A stretch of 64,000 nucleotides of DNA, from assembly GCA_963718615.1 (NCBI GenBank), contig OY970368.1, forward strand, positions 992,001 to 1,056,000, in the 5' to 3' direction. The position numbers and the translations under genes are program-made. Positions within the stretch are counted from its first letter, which is position 1, and each line of letters starts with the position of its first letter. This document shows, piece by piece, positions 42,376 through 53,301 of this stretch. The notes under the pieces were generated by a model that saw nothing but the letters and a program-made list of their open reading frames with translations, made no database searches and was not told where the DNA came from. Source of the DNA: an uncultured cyanobacterium. Lineage in GTDB: Bacteria; Cyanobacteriota; Cyanobacteriia; PCC-9006; JAAUQQ01.

Positions 42376-43080
42376 ATGACCGGAATTCAGCTTCCTGTTT
42401 TTCGCAATGCGACATTATTAGAGCAAGCACTGACCCATCGCTCTTATATTCACGAACACCCCGGAAGCGGCAAGCACAATGAGCGCCTGGAGTTTTTGGG
42501 GGACGCAGTTTTAAACTTTTTGAGTGGAGAGTATCTTTTTCAACGATACCCGGAGAAACCTGAGGGGGAGTTGACCCCCTTGCGCTCTGCCCTCGTCGAT
42601 GAATTCCAGTTGTCTAAGTTTGCGAGTCAACTGGACCTAGGGGAGCGACTGCGACTGGGGAAAGGCGCACAGCGCCAAGGAGGACGTCAAAATCCCAATC
42701 TCACGAGCTGTGCCTTTGAAGCCGTCATCGGAGCCTATTTTTTAGACCAAGACTCCAAAATGAGCCCCGTCCGTCAATGGATCATTCCCTTCTTTGATAC
42801 GGTTGTGGATGAGATGGCCCTCGTTGCGCCACTGCTCAACACCAAGAGCCTACTGCAAGCGGAAACCCAACGCCGCGTTCAAGAGAATCCAACCTATCGC
42901 ATCGTGGACGAATCCGGTCCTGACCACAACCGTCAGTTTGTGGCCGAGGTCTGGGCAGGTGGCCTATGTCTGGGGCGGGGCCAAGGCAAACGCAAGCAGG
43001 ATGCCGAAAAAGCCGCCGCCAAAGACGCCCTAGAGCGGCTGGGGTTTGATGCCTCGCTGCCTTCGACCGCTCCCCGTTAG
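42376..43080 (+). CDS. rnc: Ribonuclease III
   Basis: [12 protein letters not shown]; dsRBD with GPDH. Confidence 0.93.
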   Translation: MTGIQLPVFRNATLLEQALTHRSYIHEHPGSGKHNERLEFLGDAVLNFLSGEYLFQRYPEKPEGELTPLRSALVDEFQLSKFASQLDLGERLRLGKGAQRQGGRQNPNLTSCAFEAVIGAYFLDQDSKMSPVRQWIIPFFDTVVDEMALVAPLLNTKSLLQAETQRRVQENPTYRIVDESGPDHNRQFVAEVWAGGLCLGRGQGKRKQDAEKAAAKDALERLGFDASLPSTAPR

Positions 43081-43607
43081 GAAACTTGGGAAATCTGGGC
43101 CTGAAACGACTTGAGAAATTCGGTATTCACACCGGATTCTCGGGTCAGGGCAATCTTCCCGGTGCGCGCGATTTCGCGAATGCCAAAGCGTTGCAGAACC
43201 TGGACGATCGCCACCATCTTGCCCGGATCTCCCACGACTTCGATGGTCACCGAATCATCGGAGACGTCGACGATCTTGGCGCGAAAAATTTGTACAAACT
43301 GCAACACTTCCGATCGCGTTTTGCTATCGGCATTGATTTTCAACAACATCAGCTCCCGTTCTACTGCCGGGAGTTCGGTAATGTCATTCACCTTGATCAC
43401 ATTCACCAATTTATAAAGTTGTTTGGTGAGCTGCTCAATGATCTGATCATCCCCTGGGACCACCATGGTGATGCGCGAGACACCGCCCTGTTCCGCAGGT
43501 CCTACAGCTAAGCTTTCGATGTTAAAGCCCCGGCGGGCAAACAGGCCCGCAATGCGAGAGAGAACTCCCGCTTCATCTTCCACCAATACAGAAAGGGTGT
43601 GTTTCAT
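43077..43607 (-). CDS. ilvN: Acetolactate synthase small subunit
   Basis: [23 protein letters not shown]; EIARTG. Confidence 0.96.
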   Translation of the reverse strand: MKHTLSVLVEDEAGVLSRIAGLFARRGFNIESLAVGPAEQGGVSRITMVVPGDDQIIEQLTKQLYKLVNVIKVNDITELPAVERELMLLKINADSKTRSEVLQFVQIFRAKIVDVSDDSVTIEVVGDPGKMVAIVQVLQRFGIREIARTGKIALTRESGVNTEFLKSFQAQISQVS

Positions 43608-43652
43608 GGTTGGTGCGATCGCCCCGGTACAAAATTCGTCAGACTCCCTATT

Positions 43653-44687
43653 CTACGGCAAGGCCCCAGGGAGATTGCTAGGATTTTGGGATGAATCTTG
43701 ATGATGAACATCAGCCGACCGCTCACCCAGTTGGTTCAGCCAATCCAGCAAGAGACCATTGACCTGCTCCGGACATTCGTCATGGGGACAATGGCCTGCG
43801 TCTTCCAGTTCAACCCAGCGAATGCGAGGATTGAGCGCCGCCAGCTTAGGAGCCAACAAGGGCGGTACCAGCAGATCCTGTTTTCCCCAGATCAAGAGCA
43901 TCGGTACAGTGAGCTGGGGCAAAACCGATCGCGCCCGGTACGGCGCAGGGACATTGCCCACAAATCGCGTCATGGCCCGCAGCGCCTGTCGAGAACCGCG
44001 ATGGTAAGGGGGAAGACCCAAAATATCCATCAGTTCCGGATCCACGACGGTGGGGTTGCGATAGGCTTTCTTGGCCCAAAACGTCAGAATTTGGCGGCGG
44101 CGAATGGCGATCAGCAGGGGATTAATCACCAGGGGCGAGGTAAAGACATAGCGCAGCGGGCGGGTCAGCGGACTGAGCAGTTGGAAAAACAGACGCCGCA
44201 GCCTTTGGCCACCGAGGGACAGGTCCGGCCCCAGGACGGAGGAATCTGGTAAATTAATCCAGGCCAGCGCCTGAACCATGGCAGGATAGCGAGCGGCGAC
44301 CATCATCGCCGTCACGGAGCCCAGGGAGTTCCCAACGAGGATAGTAGGTTGGTCAATAAAGGTTTGCCAAAAATCATGGACCTGTTCTGCCCAGAAGAGT
44401 GGACTGTAGGGGGCGTGGGCCTTTTCTGAGTTCCCAAACCCCAGGAGATCTAAGGCATAAACGGGGTGGTGTTGGCTTAAGGCTTCTAGGTTATAACGCC
44501 AATGCCCAAGAGCAGCCCCAAATCCGTGGATGAGCAAGATAGGTGGGGCTGCAACTGTGACCTCTCGGGGGCGAAGAAAGGTATACCGAACCCGTCGCCC
44601 ACGCCAGTACCAATCTCGCTGATACCCCAATCGAGGAATCGGTAATTCGGATTGAGGAAAGTGTGAGGAGAAAGTTACGGAGGTCAT
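43653..44687 (-). CDS. Alpha/beta hydrolase
   Basis: HGFGA, DLLGFG, GNSLG, AGHCPHDE. Confidence 0.9.
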   Translation of the reverse strand: MTSVTFSSHFPQSELPIPRLGYQRDWYWRGRRVRYTFLRPREVTVAAPPILLIHGFGAALGHWRYNLEALSQHHPVYALDLLGFGNSEKAHAPYSPLFWAEQVHDFWQTFIDQPTILVGNSLGSVTAMMVAARYPAMVQALAWINLPDSSVLGPDLSLGGQRLRRLFFQLLSPLTRPLRYVFTSPLVINPLLIAIRRRQILTFWAKKAYRNPTVVDPELMDILGLPPYHRGSRQALRAMTRFVGNVPAPYRARSVLPQLTVPMLLIWGKQDLLVPPLLAPKLAALNPRIRWVELEDAGHCPHDECPEQVNGLLLDWLNQLGERSADVHHQDSSQNPSNLPGALP

Positions 44688-44714
44688 CACTCTAGTGTGC
44701 CACAAAGGGAGGAG

Positions 44715-45935
44715 TTAACGATTGGCCAGGAGGCGATCGAGGCGATCGGCATAGCCGGTGAGTTCGACATAGCCTTGGGCCGTGACGGGCTGGGTGTGGA
44801 TCTGACCGCTAAAGGCCACGGCCCCTTCCCAATAGGTTGCTGTGGCGGTGTTGAGCTCCTGGTCTGCCAGTTGGGCCTGTCCTTGCAAATCAAGGCCCCA
44901 TTGGGGGAGGGCGATCGCCCACCGAGCCGGATAAATCGCCCCACTTCTCGGACTTTTCCAGGTTTTTTGCACATCGATCTGCCAGTCTCCAGGGCTGAGC
45001 TGAACCGTCGAGCCATCCGCCTGGATCAACGTCCCGCCGGAGGTGGGCTCCAAGCTGCCGTCTTGATGCCGCAGCCCATAGAGCATGAGCGCCATGCCAT
45101 TGTCCAACTGTAGCGAAAACCAATCCCAGCCCACGGTGCCAGCACTCAGGGCACTGGTGGAATACTCGTGGTCCTTCCAGGTAATTCCGCTCACGGGGTA
45201 GGTTTGGTCACCGACCGTAATTTTCCCGGTGGTGGGCTGCTGGACCATGGAGTAGTAATACGAAGCATTCCCCGATTCGCGCCCCTTCTGGCTGAGGCCG
45301 CGATCGCCCTGTAAAATCGGCGGCAAGGTTTGGCTGACGACCAGATCGATGGCCGTTGCTGCGGACTGAGCCTGGAGGCGGACTTGGTTGGGGGCGATCG
45401 CCTCAGCGGACCAGTCCTCTAGCCACACTTGATAGGGATCTGCTGCGGCACCGGCCAAGCCAACAGCGCCTCGGCTATAGCGCTCGTAGGGATAGAACTG
45501 CTGAGCTTCGATGTCGCTGAGGGTGAAGTGGGCGGAGTAGAGTTGGGGGGTGCGCCAGGGGGAGGGGGATTGGGGGGGTGGGGGGGCGATCGCTGAGCGA
45601 AAGAATGTGAGCTGATAGCCGAAGGGGCGTCCGGTTTCCGTCTTGAGGTTGCCGGTGTAGTACCACCACTCGGTTTGAAAGTCCGCATGGGGACCGAGAT
45701 CCCGAGGAAATTGGATTTGGTTGGGCTGAGTTGCGTGGGTAAAGCGTTGGGTTTGAAGGGAGGGTTGATTCAGCCAGGTGAGCTGTTGGTTTCCGGCCCA
45801 GACTAATGGGGTTCCCCCCAGGCCCCAGGCGAAGAGTGTGAGCAACAGCAGGGCGCAGGAGCGCCGCCACAGCCGACCGAGCAGCGACTCTGATATCAGC
45901 CCAGGTAAACGAAAAAGCAACCGACATAAAACCAC
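44715..45935 (-). CDS. Secreted lipocalin-like/AttH (CrtC-like) protein
   Basis: FPRDLGPH..FQTEWWYYTG, GWDWFSLQL, YWEG, GYVELTGY. Confidence 0.85.
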   Translation of the reverse strand: MVLCRLLFRLPGLISESLLGRLWRRSCALLLLTLFAWGLGGTPLVWAGNQQLTWLNQPSLQTQRFTHATQPNQIQFPRDLGPHADFQTEWWYYTGNLKTETGRPFGYQLTFFRSAIAPPPPQSPSPWRTPQLYSAHFTLSDIEAQQFYPYERYSRGAVGLAGAAADPYQVWLEDWSAEAIAPNQVRLQAQSAATAIDLVVSQTLPPILQGDRGLSQKGRESGNASYYYSMVQQPTTGKITVGDQTYPVSGITWKDHEYSTSALSAGTVGWDWFSLQLDNGMALMLYGLRHQDGSLEPTSGGTLIQADGSTVQLSPGDWQIDVQKTWKSPRSGAIYPARWAIALPQWGLDLQGQAQLADQELNTATATYWEGAVAFSGQIHTQPVTAQGYVELTGYADRLDRLLANR

Positions 45936-46330
45936 GGTAACGATCCCCTAGCAGCAGCAACAGCGCATTTCCTTTATTATTTTAGGGAGCTTTACGAAGA
46001 AATGCTGAACGACGACCATGGCTGAGCTACGGACTTTGAGTATCAATAGCCTTATCAAAACTCGTAAATCTCACATTTTTGAACAAGCAGAGCATCGTAA
46101 ATTCTCGATGAATTGAGCCAAATGACTATCGGCATTTAGGGTTGAAACAAGCAACTACTTTAGCTTGAAAAATGAGCCCGAAAAAATCAGATTAATAGGA
46201 TTTCAAGCTTGAATGGGCTCAGGAAATTAAGCTGAAATGCTTTCAAAAAGTTTTTGGCGGATTTGATTCGGGCATGCTGAAGAAAGATAAGTTCATGAAC
46301 CATTGGCCTTGCATTTCTCCTGAGGATTGA

Positions 46331-47275
46331 ATGATGTTGATGACCCAGCAAAAGTATCGCCTTGTCACACGCAGTGACTTTGACGGTTTAGTCTGTGCGG
46401 TTCTCCTTAAAGACCTGGGAATGATCGATGAAATTAAATTCGTTCATCCTAAGGACATGCAGGATGGCAAGGTTGAGATTAGCGATCGCGACATCACCAC
46501 CAACCTGCCCTACGTTCCGGGTGTCCATCTGGCCTTTGATCACCATGCCAGTGAAACAATCCGTAATTTTGGCATTGAAAAAGACCAGTATGTGATTGAC
46601 TCTGAAGCCCCGTCAGCGGCCCGCGTTGTCTATGAGTACTTTGGGGGAGCCGCAGCATTTCCCAATATTTCTAGAGAAATGATGCTCGCCGTAGATAAGG
46701 CTGATGCGGCACAGTTTTCGATTGAGGAAATCCTTAATCCTAATCAGTGGGTATTATTAAACTTCTTGATGGACGCCCGCACTGGTTTAGGCCGATTCAA
46801 GGATTTCCGTATTTCTAACTATCAACTGATGATGGAGTTGATTGACTATTGTAAATCCCACACTATTGATGAGATTCTAGCGCTACCGGATGTTCAAGAA
46901 CGGATAGAGCTCTATTTTGAACAGGATATCAAGTTCAAGCAACAGGTTCTGCGTTGTGCAAAGATCTATAAAAACTTAATTGTCTTAGATCTGCGTCAAG
47001 AAGAACTCATCTATGCCGGGAATCGGTTTATGGTGTATGCGCTTTTCCCCTATTGCAATATTTCAATCCATGTTCTGTGGGGATTACGGCAGCAAAATAC
47101 AGTCTTGGCTGTGGGTAAATCCATTGTTCGGCGCACCTCTCACACCAACATTGGCGATTTGATGCTGGAGTATGGAGGGGGTGGACATGCCAATGCGGGC
47201 ACTTGCCAGATCGAAAATGACCAGGCGGAGACGGTTTTGCAGGCGTTGATTGCCCAAATTAATGCGGAAGGTTAG
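46331..47275 (+). CDS. DHH-family phosphoesterase (NrnB/exopolyphosphatase-like)
   Basis: TRSDFDG, FDHH, GGGH..AGTC. Confidence 0.88.
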   Translation: MMLMTQQKYRLVTRSDFDGLVCAVLLKDLGMIDEIKFVHPKDMQDGKVEISDRDITTNLPYVPGVHLAFDHHASETIRNFGIEKDQYVIDSEAPSAARVVYEYFGGAAAFPNISREMMLAVDKADAAQFSIEEILNPNQWVLLNFLMDARTGLGRFKDFRISNYQLMMELIDYCKSHTIDEILALPDVQERIELYFEQDIKFKQQVLRCAKIYKNLIVLDLRQEELIYAGNRFMVYALFPYCNISIHVLWGLRQQNTVLAVGKSIVRRTSHTNIGDLMLEYGGGGHANAGTCQIENDQAETVLQALIAQINAEG

Positions 47276-47338
47276 TCGCGGGTTAGTCGCGGGTTCGCCA
47301 TTGCAGGCTGCAACCCCAAACTGTGATAAAACCTAGGC

Positions 47339-48526
47339 ATGAAATTCCATGCCGTGATCCAAGAGGCGATCGCAACCGCGATCGCAGCCGTTCATCCGGG
47401 TTTAGCGATTCAGCGTTATCTTCGGCGGGATGGCGATGTGCTATGGGTGCAGGACAAATCCTATTTGCTGTCGGAGCTGGATGTTCGCCTAGTTGCCGTG
47501 GGCAAAGGTGCCATCCCCATGGCTGAAGCCCTGGCTGAGCTCGTGGGGGATGTGGTGAGTCAGGCCCTTGTCATTACGAAATCTGATCATATTGGCCAAG
47601 TGCAGTTGCCGTCCCACTGGCAAGTTTTAGAAGCGGCCCACCCGGTGCCCGATAAAAATAGCGTTTTGGCGGGCGATCGCGTCATGCAGTTAATTCGCGA
47701 TTGCACCGAGCGTAGCTTGATCATTGCCGGGATTTCCGGGGGGGCATCCGCCCTACTGGTTGCGCCGGAGCCCCATATTTCCCTCAAAACGCTGCAAACG
47801 ATTAATGAGGCTTTGCTCAAAAGTGGGGTTGATATTCAGGAAATGAATGCGGTTCGCTCACGGCTCGATCAACTCAAGGGCGGTGGATTCGTCCAGCTTG
47901 CTCAGCCGGGACAGGTGCTGGGATTCATTTTATCGGATGTGATCGGTGACGCCATCCCGGTCATTGCCTCCGGATTAACCCACCATCCTAAGGCTCAGAA
48001 TTGGCTGGTGGGCAATAATGCCCAGGCTTGTATGGCGGCAGCTCAAGTCTTTGAACGCGAGGGCTATCAGGTAAAGATTGTGACAACGGACCTAGCGGGA
48101 GAAGCCCAGGCGCGAGGTCGAGACATTGCCCAGCAGATTGTCCAACAGCCAGCGGGGACGGTGCTGATTTATGGGGGTGAAACGACGGTCACGATTCCAC
48201 CAGAGTCCCAGGGACGGGGGGGACGCAATCAAGAGTTGGCTCTAGGGGCAGCGATCGCCCTCGGTCAACAGTCCATCCCGGCAACCCTCGTCACCCTCGC
48301 CACGGATGGAACCGATGGACCCACGGATGCGGCAGGAGCTATAGTTGACACCACAACGATTAGCCAAGCTCTGAATCAGGGCCTCGACCCGCAGTCTGCG
48401 CTGGAACAGCACGATAGCTATCCGTTGCTGGCCCAACTGGGTTGTCTGATCAAAACCCACCCCACGGGTACAAATGTTGCAGACCTTGCGATCGCCATCA
48501 CGCCCCAGGGCAACGAACCGGTCTAA
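47339..48526 (+). CDS. Glycerate kinase, class II (DUF4147/MOFRL)
   Basis: AVGKG, HPVPD, SGGASAL, LSDVIGD, GGETTV, GGRNQE, TDGTDG, TGTNV. Confidence 0.9.
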   Translation: MKFHAVIQEAIATAIAAVHPGLAIQRYLRRDGDVLWVQDKSYLLSELDVRLVAVGKGAIPMAEALAELVGDVVSQALVITKSDHIGQVQLPSHWQVLEAAHPVPDKNSVLAGDRVMQLIRDCTERSLIIAGISGGASALLVAPEPHISLKTLQTINEALLKSGVDIQEMNAVRSRLDQLKGGGFVQLAQPGQVLGFILSDVIGDAIPVIASGLTHHPKAQNWLVGNNAQACMAAAQVFEREGYQVKIVTTDLAGEAQARGRDIAQQIVQQPAGTVLIYGGETTVTIPPESQGRGGRNQELALGAAIALGQQSIPATLVTLATDGTDGPTDAAGAIVDTTTISQALNQGLDPQSALEQHDSYPLLAQLGCLIKTHPTGTNVADLAIAITPQGNEPV

Positions 48527-48683
48527 ACCGTACCCCCCCAAACGTTAAAAAACGTACCGTTTCGCCACAGTCCTCAGTCCTACGGCCTATAACGGAAGAG
48601 GGAGGGTTGAAGTTCGATTTTGGCGATTTGCCGATGCCGCTTCAGCGTCCGTCGAATCATAAGGAGCCTTAGGAGCCCTGAAA

Positions 48684-50081
48684 ATGGGAATTGCCAGCAT
48701 TAACCCAGCGACCGGGCAGGTGATGCGCGAATTTACACCCTTGAGCGCGACTGCGTTAGAGGAGAAGCTAGAACGCGCTGCCCGAACGTTTCAGACCTAT
48801 CGCCAAACCTCGTTTGCTGAGCGATCGCAATGGCTCAATCAAGCTGCTGATCTCCTGGAGGCCCGTCAACAGGCATTGGCCACCACCATGACCGAGGAAA
48901 TGGGAAAACCGCTGAGGGCAGCGATCGCAGAGGTCGAAAAATGCGCCTGGGTCTGTCGCTTCTATGCCGACCAGGCCGAAACTTTCCTGGCGGATGCCCC
49001 AGCCTCAACCGATGCCAGCCAAAGCTTTGTGCGCTATCTGCCCCTGGGGCCAGTGCTGGCCGTCATGCCCTGGAATTTTCCCTTTTGGCAGGTGTTTCGG
49101 TTTGCCGCTCCGGCGCTGATGGCTGGGAATGTGGGCTTGCTCAAACATGCCTCGAATGTCCCTCAATGCGCCTTGGAGATTGAAGACATTTTTAAGGCAG
49201 CGGGCTATCCGGAGGGCGCGTTTCAGACGCTGCTCATTCCCGGTGATCAAGTCGCCGCTGTCGTTGCAGATGATCGCATTGTCGCAGCAACTTTAACCGG
49301 TAGCGAAGCGGCGGGGGCCAGTCTGGCAGCAGCGGCGGGGAAGGCTTTGAAGCCAACGGTGTTGGAGCTGGGCGGCAGCGATCCCTTTATTGTGACGGCG
49401 AGTGCAGCGTTAGAGGAGGCGATCGCCACTGCCGCCACCGCCCGCTTGCTCAACAATGGTCAATCCTGCATCGCCGCCAAACGCTTTATTTTGCTTGAAC
49501 CGATCGCGGCAGCCTTTACCCAAGGCCTAGTCGAAAAATTCCAAGCCCTGCGCCTGGGTGATCCGATGGAGGCAACCACAGACATCGGCCCCCTAGCCAC
49601 GCCCGAGATTGCAAAGGAGTTGGCGACACAAGTACAAGCCTGTGTTGACCAAGGGGCTGAGGTTTTAGTGGGAGGTCCTGTTGCCCTAGAAAGTCTTGCC
49701 TCGCAGCTTTCACCGGAGTTAGTCACCAACAATTTCTATCCCCCGACGATTTTGCATCAGCTACCACCGGGTTGTCCGGCCTACCAGGAGGAGTTCTTTG
49801 GACCCGTGGCGCTGCTGTTTACGGTGGCGAGCTTGGAGGAGGCGATCGCCCTCGCCAATTCCACCCCCTTTGGTCTCGGAGCCAGCGCCTGGACCCAAGA
49901 CCCCGCCGAACAGGAGCGCTGCATCAATCAACTGGAAGCCGGTGCGGTGTTTATTAATGGCTTGGTCAAATCCGATCCGCGCCTGCCCTTTGGCGGTATT
50001 AAGCGCTCCGGCTATGGTCGGGAACTCGCTGGCGAAGGGATTCGCGCCTTTGTCAATGCCAAAACCGTTTGGGTGAGGTAA
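48684..50081 (+). CDS. gabD: Succinate-semialdehyde dehydrogenase (SsaD/GabD)
   Basis: MPWNFP, LELGGSD, GQSCIAAKR, EEFFGP, FGGIKRSGYGRE. Confidence 0.92.
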   Translation: MGIASINPATGQVMREFTPLSATALEEKLERAARTFQTYRQTSFAERSQWLNQAADLLEARQQALATTMTEEMGKPLRAAIAEVEKCAWVCRFYADQAETFLADAPASTDASQSFVRYLPLGPVLAVMPWNFPFWQVFRFAAPALMAGNVGLLKHASNVPQCALEIEDIFKAAGYPEGAFQTLLIPGDQVAAVVADDRIVAATLTGSEAAGASLAAAAGKALKPTVLELGGSDPFIVTASAALEEAIATAATARLLNNGQSCIAAKRFILLEPIAAAFTQGLVEKFQALRLGDPMEATTDIGPLATPEIAKELATQVQACVDQGAEVLVGGPVALESLASQLSPELVTNNFYPPTILHQLPPGCPAYQEEFFGPVALLFTVASLEEAIALANSTPFGLGASAWTQDPAEQERCINQLEAGAVFINGLVKSDPRLPFGGIKRSGYGRELAGEGIRAFVNAKTVWVR

Positions 50082-50122
50082 GGAATTCAGTCGGGAATTC
50101 AGTCAGGAATTCAGTCGGAAAT
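50081..50122. repeat. 12-bp tandem repeat (A/G)GGAATTCAGTC x~3.5
   Basis: Read directly between gabD and the next gene. Confidence 0.8.
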
Positions 50123-50152
50123 CAAGTCTTTAGGATCAAGGAACTCGGCAAA

Positions 50153-51790
50153 ATGAATACAGCGGAACTGTTGGTGGCCTGTCTGGAGAATGAAGGCGTA
50201 GAGTATATTTTTGGGGTGCCGGGCGAAGAAAATTTGCACGTTCTTGAAGCGCTCAACGGCTCTAGCATTCGGTTCATTACCACCCGCCATGAGCAGGGGG
50301 CGGCATTTATGGCCGATGTCTATGGGCGCTTGACCGGGCGAGCGGGAGTTTGTCTTTCGACCCTAGGACCAGGGGCAACCAATTTGATGACCGGTGTTGC
50401 AGACGCAAATTTGGACGGGGCTCCACTGGTGGCGTTGACCGGGCAGGTGGGCACGGACCGGATGCATATCGAATCCCATCAATATCTCGACTTGGTGGCA
50501 ATGTTTGCTCCGGTAACCCGGTGGAATACGCAAATTGTGCGGCCCAGCAATACGCCGGAAATTGTGCGGAAGGCCTTTAGGCGATCGCAATCCGAAAAAC
50601 CCGGTGCGGTCCATATCGATTTGCCCGAGAACATCGCCGCGATGGAAGCCCTTGGTAAACCCCTCCTCATTGAAACCCCAGAAACCACAGTTGCTCCCGA
50701 GCGTAGCCTCAATGCCGCTGCCCATCTGATTTCCCAAGCGAAACATCCCCTAATTTTGGCGGGCAATGGCGTGATTCGCAGTCAAGCCAGCGCGGCCTTG
50801 ACGGTATTTGCTAACCAGCTCCAGATTCCAGTTGTCAATACATTTATGGGCAAAGGAGCGATTCCCTACGAGCACCCCCTGTCCCTCTGGACCGTTGGGC
50901 TTCAGCAGCGAGATCATATTAACTGCGGGCTCGATCGCGCCGATTTGATTGTAACCGTCGGGTATGACCTGATCGAATATTCCCCCAAACGCTGGAACCC
51001 GGATGGGACTTTACCCATTCTCCACATTGCCGAAGCCCCTGCCGAGGTAGACAGCAGCTACATTCCGAAAGTGGAAATTGTTGGGGATTTATCGGATGCG
51101 CTGGCGGAATTGTTGAAACGGAGCGATCGCCCCAGTCAACCTGACCCCTACACCGCCCAACTGCGCCGAACCCTGGTGGAAGACTACGAGCAATACGCCC
51201 TAGACGACGGCTTCCCGGTCAAGCCCCAGAAAATTATTTATGATCTCCGCACGGTTCTGGGTCCTGAAGATATTGTGCTTTCCGATGTGGGGGCACACAA
51301 AATGTGGATGGCGCGGCATTACCACTGCACAAAACCCAATACCTGTCTGATTTCCAATGGTTTCGCTGCCATGGGGATCGCGATCCCCGGTGCTCTGGCG
51401 GCGAAGCTGGTTTACCCCGATCGCAAAGTGGTTGCGGTCACGGGGGATGGCGGCTTTATGATGAACTGTCAGGAGCTAGAAACAGCGCTGCGGGTGGGAA
51501 CGGCGTTTGTGGTGCTGATTTTCAACGATGGAGGCTATGGCCTGATCGAATGGAAACAGCAAAATCAATTTGGTCACGCATCCCACGTTCATTTTGGTAA
51601 CCCTGACTTTGTCCAATTCGCCCACAGCATGGGCCTGATGGGCTATCGAGTGGAGACCGCCCAGGAACTGTTGCCGACGCTCAAGGAGGCCTTAGCCCAG
51701 TCCGTGCCTGCCATCATCGATTGCCCGGTGGATTACCGCGAGAACCTCAAGTTCAGCCAAAAGGCCAGCCAGTTAATTTGTCAACTCTAG
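50153..51790 (+). CDS. ogdA: TPP-dependent enzyme, probably 2-oxoglutarate decarboxylase (acetolactate synthase large-subunit family)
   Basis: FGVPGEEN, RHEQGA, TLGPGATN, GDGG; adjacent to SSADH as in the cyanobacterial TCA bypass. Confidence 0.8.
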   Translation: MNTAELLVACLENEGVEYIFGVPGEENLHVLEALNGSSIRFITTRHEQGAAFMADVYGRLTGRAGVCLSTLGPGATNLMTGVADANLDGAPLVALTGQVGTDRMHIESHQYLDLVAMFAPVTRWNTQIVRPSNTPEIVRKAFRRSQSEKPGAVHIDLPENIAAMEALGKPLLIETPETTVAPERSLNAAAHLISQAKHPLILAGNGVIRSQASAALTVFANQLQIPVVNTFMGKGAIPYEHPLSLWTVGLQQRDHINCGLDRADLIVTVGYDLIEYSPKRWNPDGTLPILHIAEAPAEVDSSYIPKVEIVGDLSDALAELLKRSDRPSQPDPYTAQLRRTLVEDYEQYALDDGFPVKPQKIIYDLRTVLGPEDIVLSDVGAHKMWMARHYHCTKPNTCLISNGFAAMGIAIPGALAAKLVYPDRKVVAVTGDGGFMMNCQELETALRVGTAFVVLIFNDGGYGLIEWKQQNQFGHASHVHFGNPDFVQFAHSMGLMGYRVETAQELLPTLKEALAQSVPAIIDCPVDYRENLKFSQKASQLICQL

Positions 51791-51824
51791 GGATAATGGA
51801 TTGCGGACGTTCCGCCGAACGTCC

Positions 51825-52586
51825 CTAGCGTTTGCGCCGAGCCACGCGCCGCCCTAACCCGGCAATCCCCAAAAGACCCAGCACCGCCGAAGGTTCTGGC
51901 ACTTTGGTCGGACCGTCATCGGGCCGCATATAGGCATACTTAGACGTAGATCCAGGTAAGGGGCTGGCCGCTCCGAGGGTGACATTATCGAAGCCAATGC
52001 GCCGTGCTGCCCCTTCAAAGCTCACCGAGTAAGCAACGCCCTCAAAACTGGTCCCCGCCGGGAGAAACGGACTAAATTGTCCGGTGGGATCAGGAGCCCC
52101 ATTCAGCGGAGTTTTGGGTAAATCAAAGCTGGCGAGCAGATTGCCTGCGCCATCAAGACCGTCATAAATATTCACCTTGCCGGGGAGGGCGATCGCCGAA
52201 TAATACAGCGAAAACCCCTTTTGAAACCCGCTCTCCATATTCATGATGGCAGCGGGACCGGACCGAAAGAACAGCACCGTGTCTGGGGTTGCCTCACCTC
52301 CAAAATTACCCGATTGCCCCCCGTCGTCGGCATCGATCAAGGCTAGGGCGTTTTCACTGAAGGTAATGCCAAAATCGAAACCCGAGTAGCTACCGGAGCC
52401 GCCGGGACCTCCAGCATAAAACTCACCAATGGTTTCAAAATCGGCTAGACCTTCAAAATCTAGAACGAACGGGTTATTCGGAGGAGCGGCGATCGCCAGC
52501 TCGGAACTTGCTGTAATGGCCACAGCTAGGCCAGCACAAGAGCGAACTAAAGAGAGGATCAGGCTTTGTCTATTGGGGGGGCTCAT
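51825..52586 (-). CDS. PEP-CTERM sorting-domain protein
   Basis: Signal peptide; C-terminal VPEP, hydrophobic helix, RRVARRKR. Confidence 0.88.
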   Translation of the reverse strand: MSPPNRQSLILSLVRSCAGLAVAITASSELAIAAPPNNPFVLDFEGLADFETIGEFYAGGPGGSGSYSGFDFGITFSENALALIDADDGGQSGNFGGEATPDTVLFFRSGPAAIMNMESGFQKGFSLYYSAIALPGKVNIYDGLDGAGNLLASFDLPKTPLNGAPDPTGQFSPFLPAGTSFEGVAYSVSFEGAARRIGFDNVTLGAASPLPGSTSKYAYMRPDDGPTKVPEPSAVLGLLGIAGLGRRVARRKR

Positions 52587-53301
52587 CGTGTGGCAAACAA
52601 GAAATGAGAACTCAAGCGCTTGGTAGACATCTCACCTGAAACGGCTTTTTGACACCCCGTCGAAGGAAAATAACCTTCGACGACCCCGTTAAACTACGGA
52701 GAAAATTTGACACAAAGTCCAAAATCAAGGCTAGCCTTTCCCAACGAAGACCTACAATGGCTTTCCCGAATCTTGACAAAACCTTCATCGAAGGCTTTAC
52801 ATTCTGGAAAAATGTTTTATGAGCGTTCCTCGACTCAACTTGTGGGGAAAGCTCATAGAACAATTAAGGTCGCACCCGATTACTCATTTCCCTTCAAAGA
52901 CGATCCATCCGCTTAAAAGTTTCAAAATAGTTTTCTAGGGCTCAAGTAAATTTTGAAAGGGCGATCGCTAACAGCCCCCTTAAACCCTTCAAGAAACCCT
53001 TCAAGAACATCTCTAGAAATGTTCTTAAAATTACATCGCGATCGCCAACCTCATCAGTATTTTCTCAACAATAATCGCGTCAGTTGACCAAGGATAACTT
53101 GAGTCAAAATGCAAGCATCTAAGGGATGACATTGCAACGAGATGTCTATGCCCTAAACATTTTGTAGAAATTCACGTAACATCCTGTAGAAAAACGAAAA
53201 ATTTCATGGTCCTGGCTTTTCTTAAACAGGCGATCGCGCTTCCTTAATCTGAAAGTGATAATTTTCACCTCGGCACTGAAAGACTGAGGAGTCTGGGTTA
53301 C

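Noticed and set aside
50069-50152. N-terminal extension (RNSVG repeats) of the TPP enzyme
   Set aside because: It is the translation of a 12-bp intergenic tandem repeat; the real start is MNTAELLV at 50153.
53221-53250. Pho box upstream of the giant phosphatase
   Set aside because: Only two matching 8-mers 22 bp apart (CTTAAACA, CTTAATCT) with a non-matching middle unit; too weak to call.
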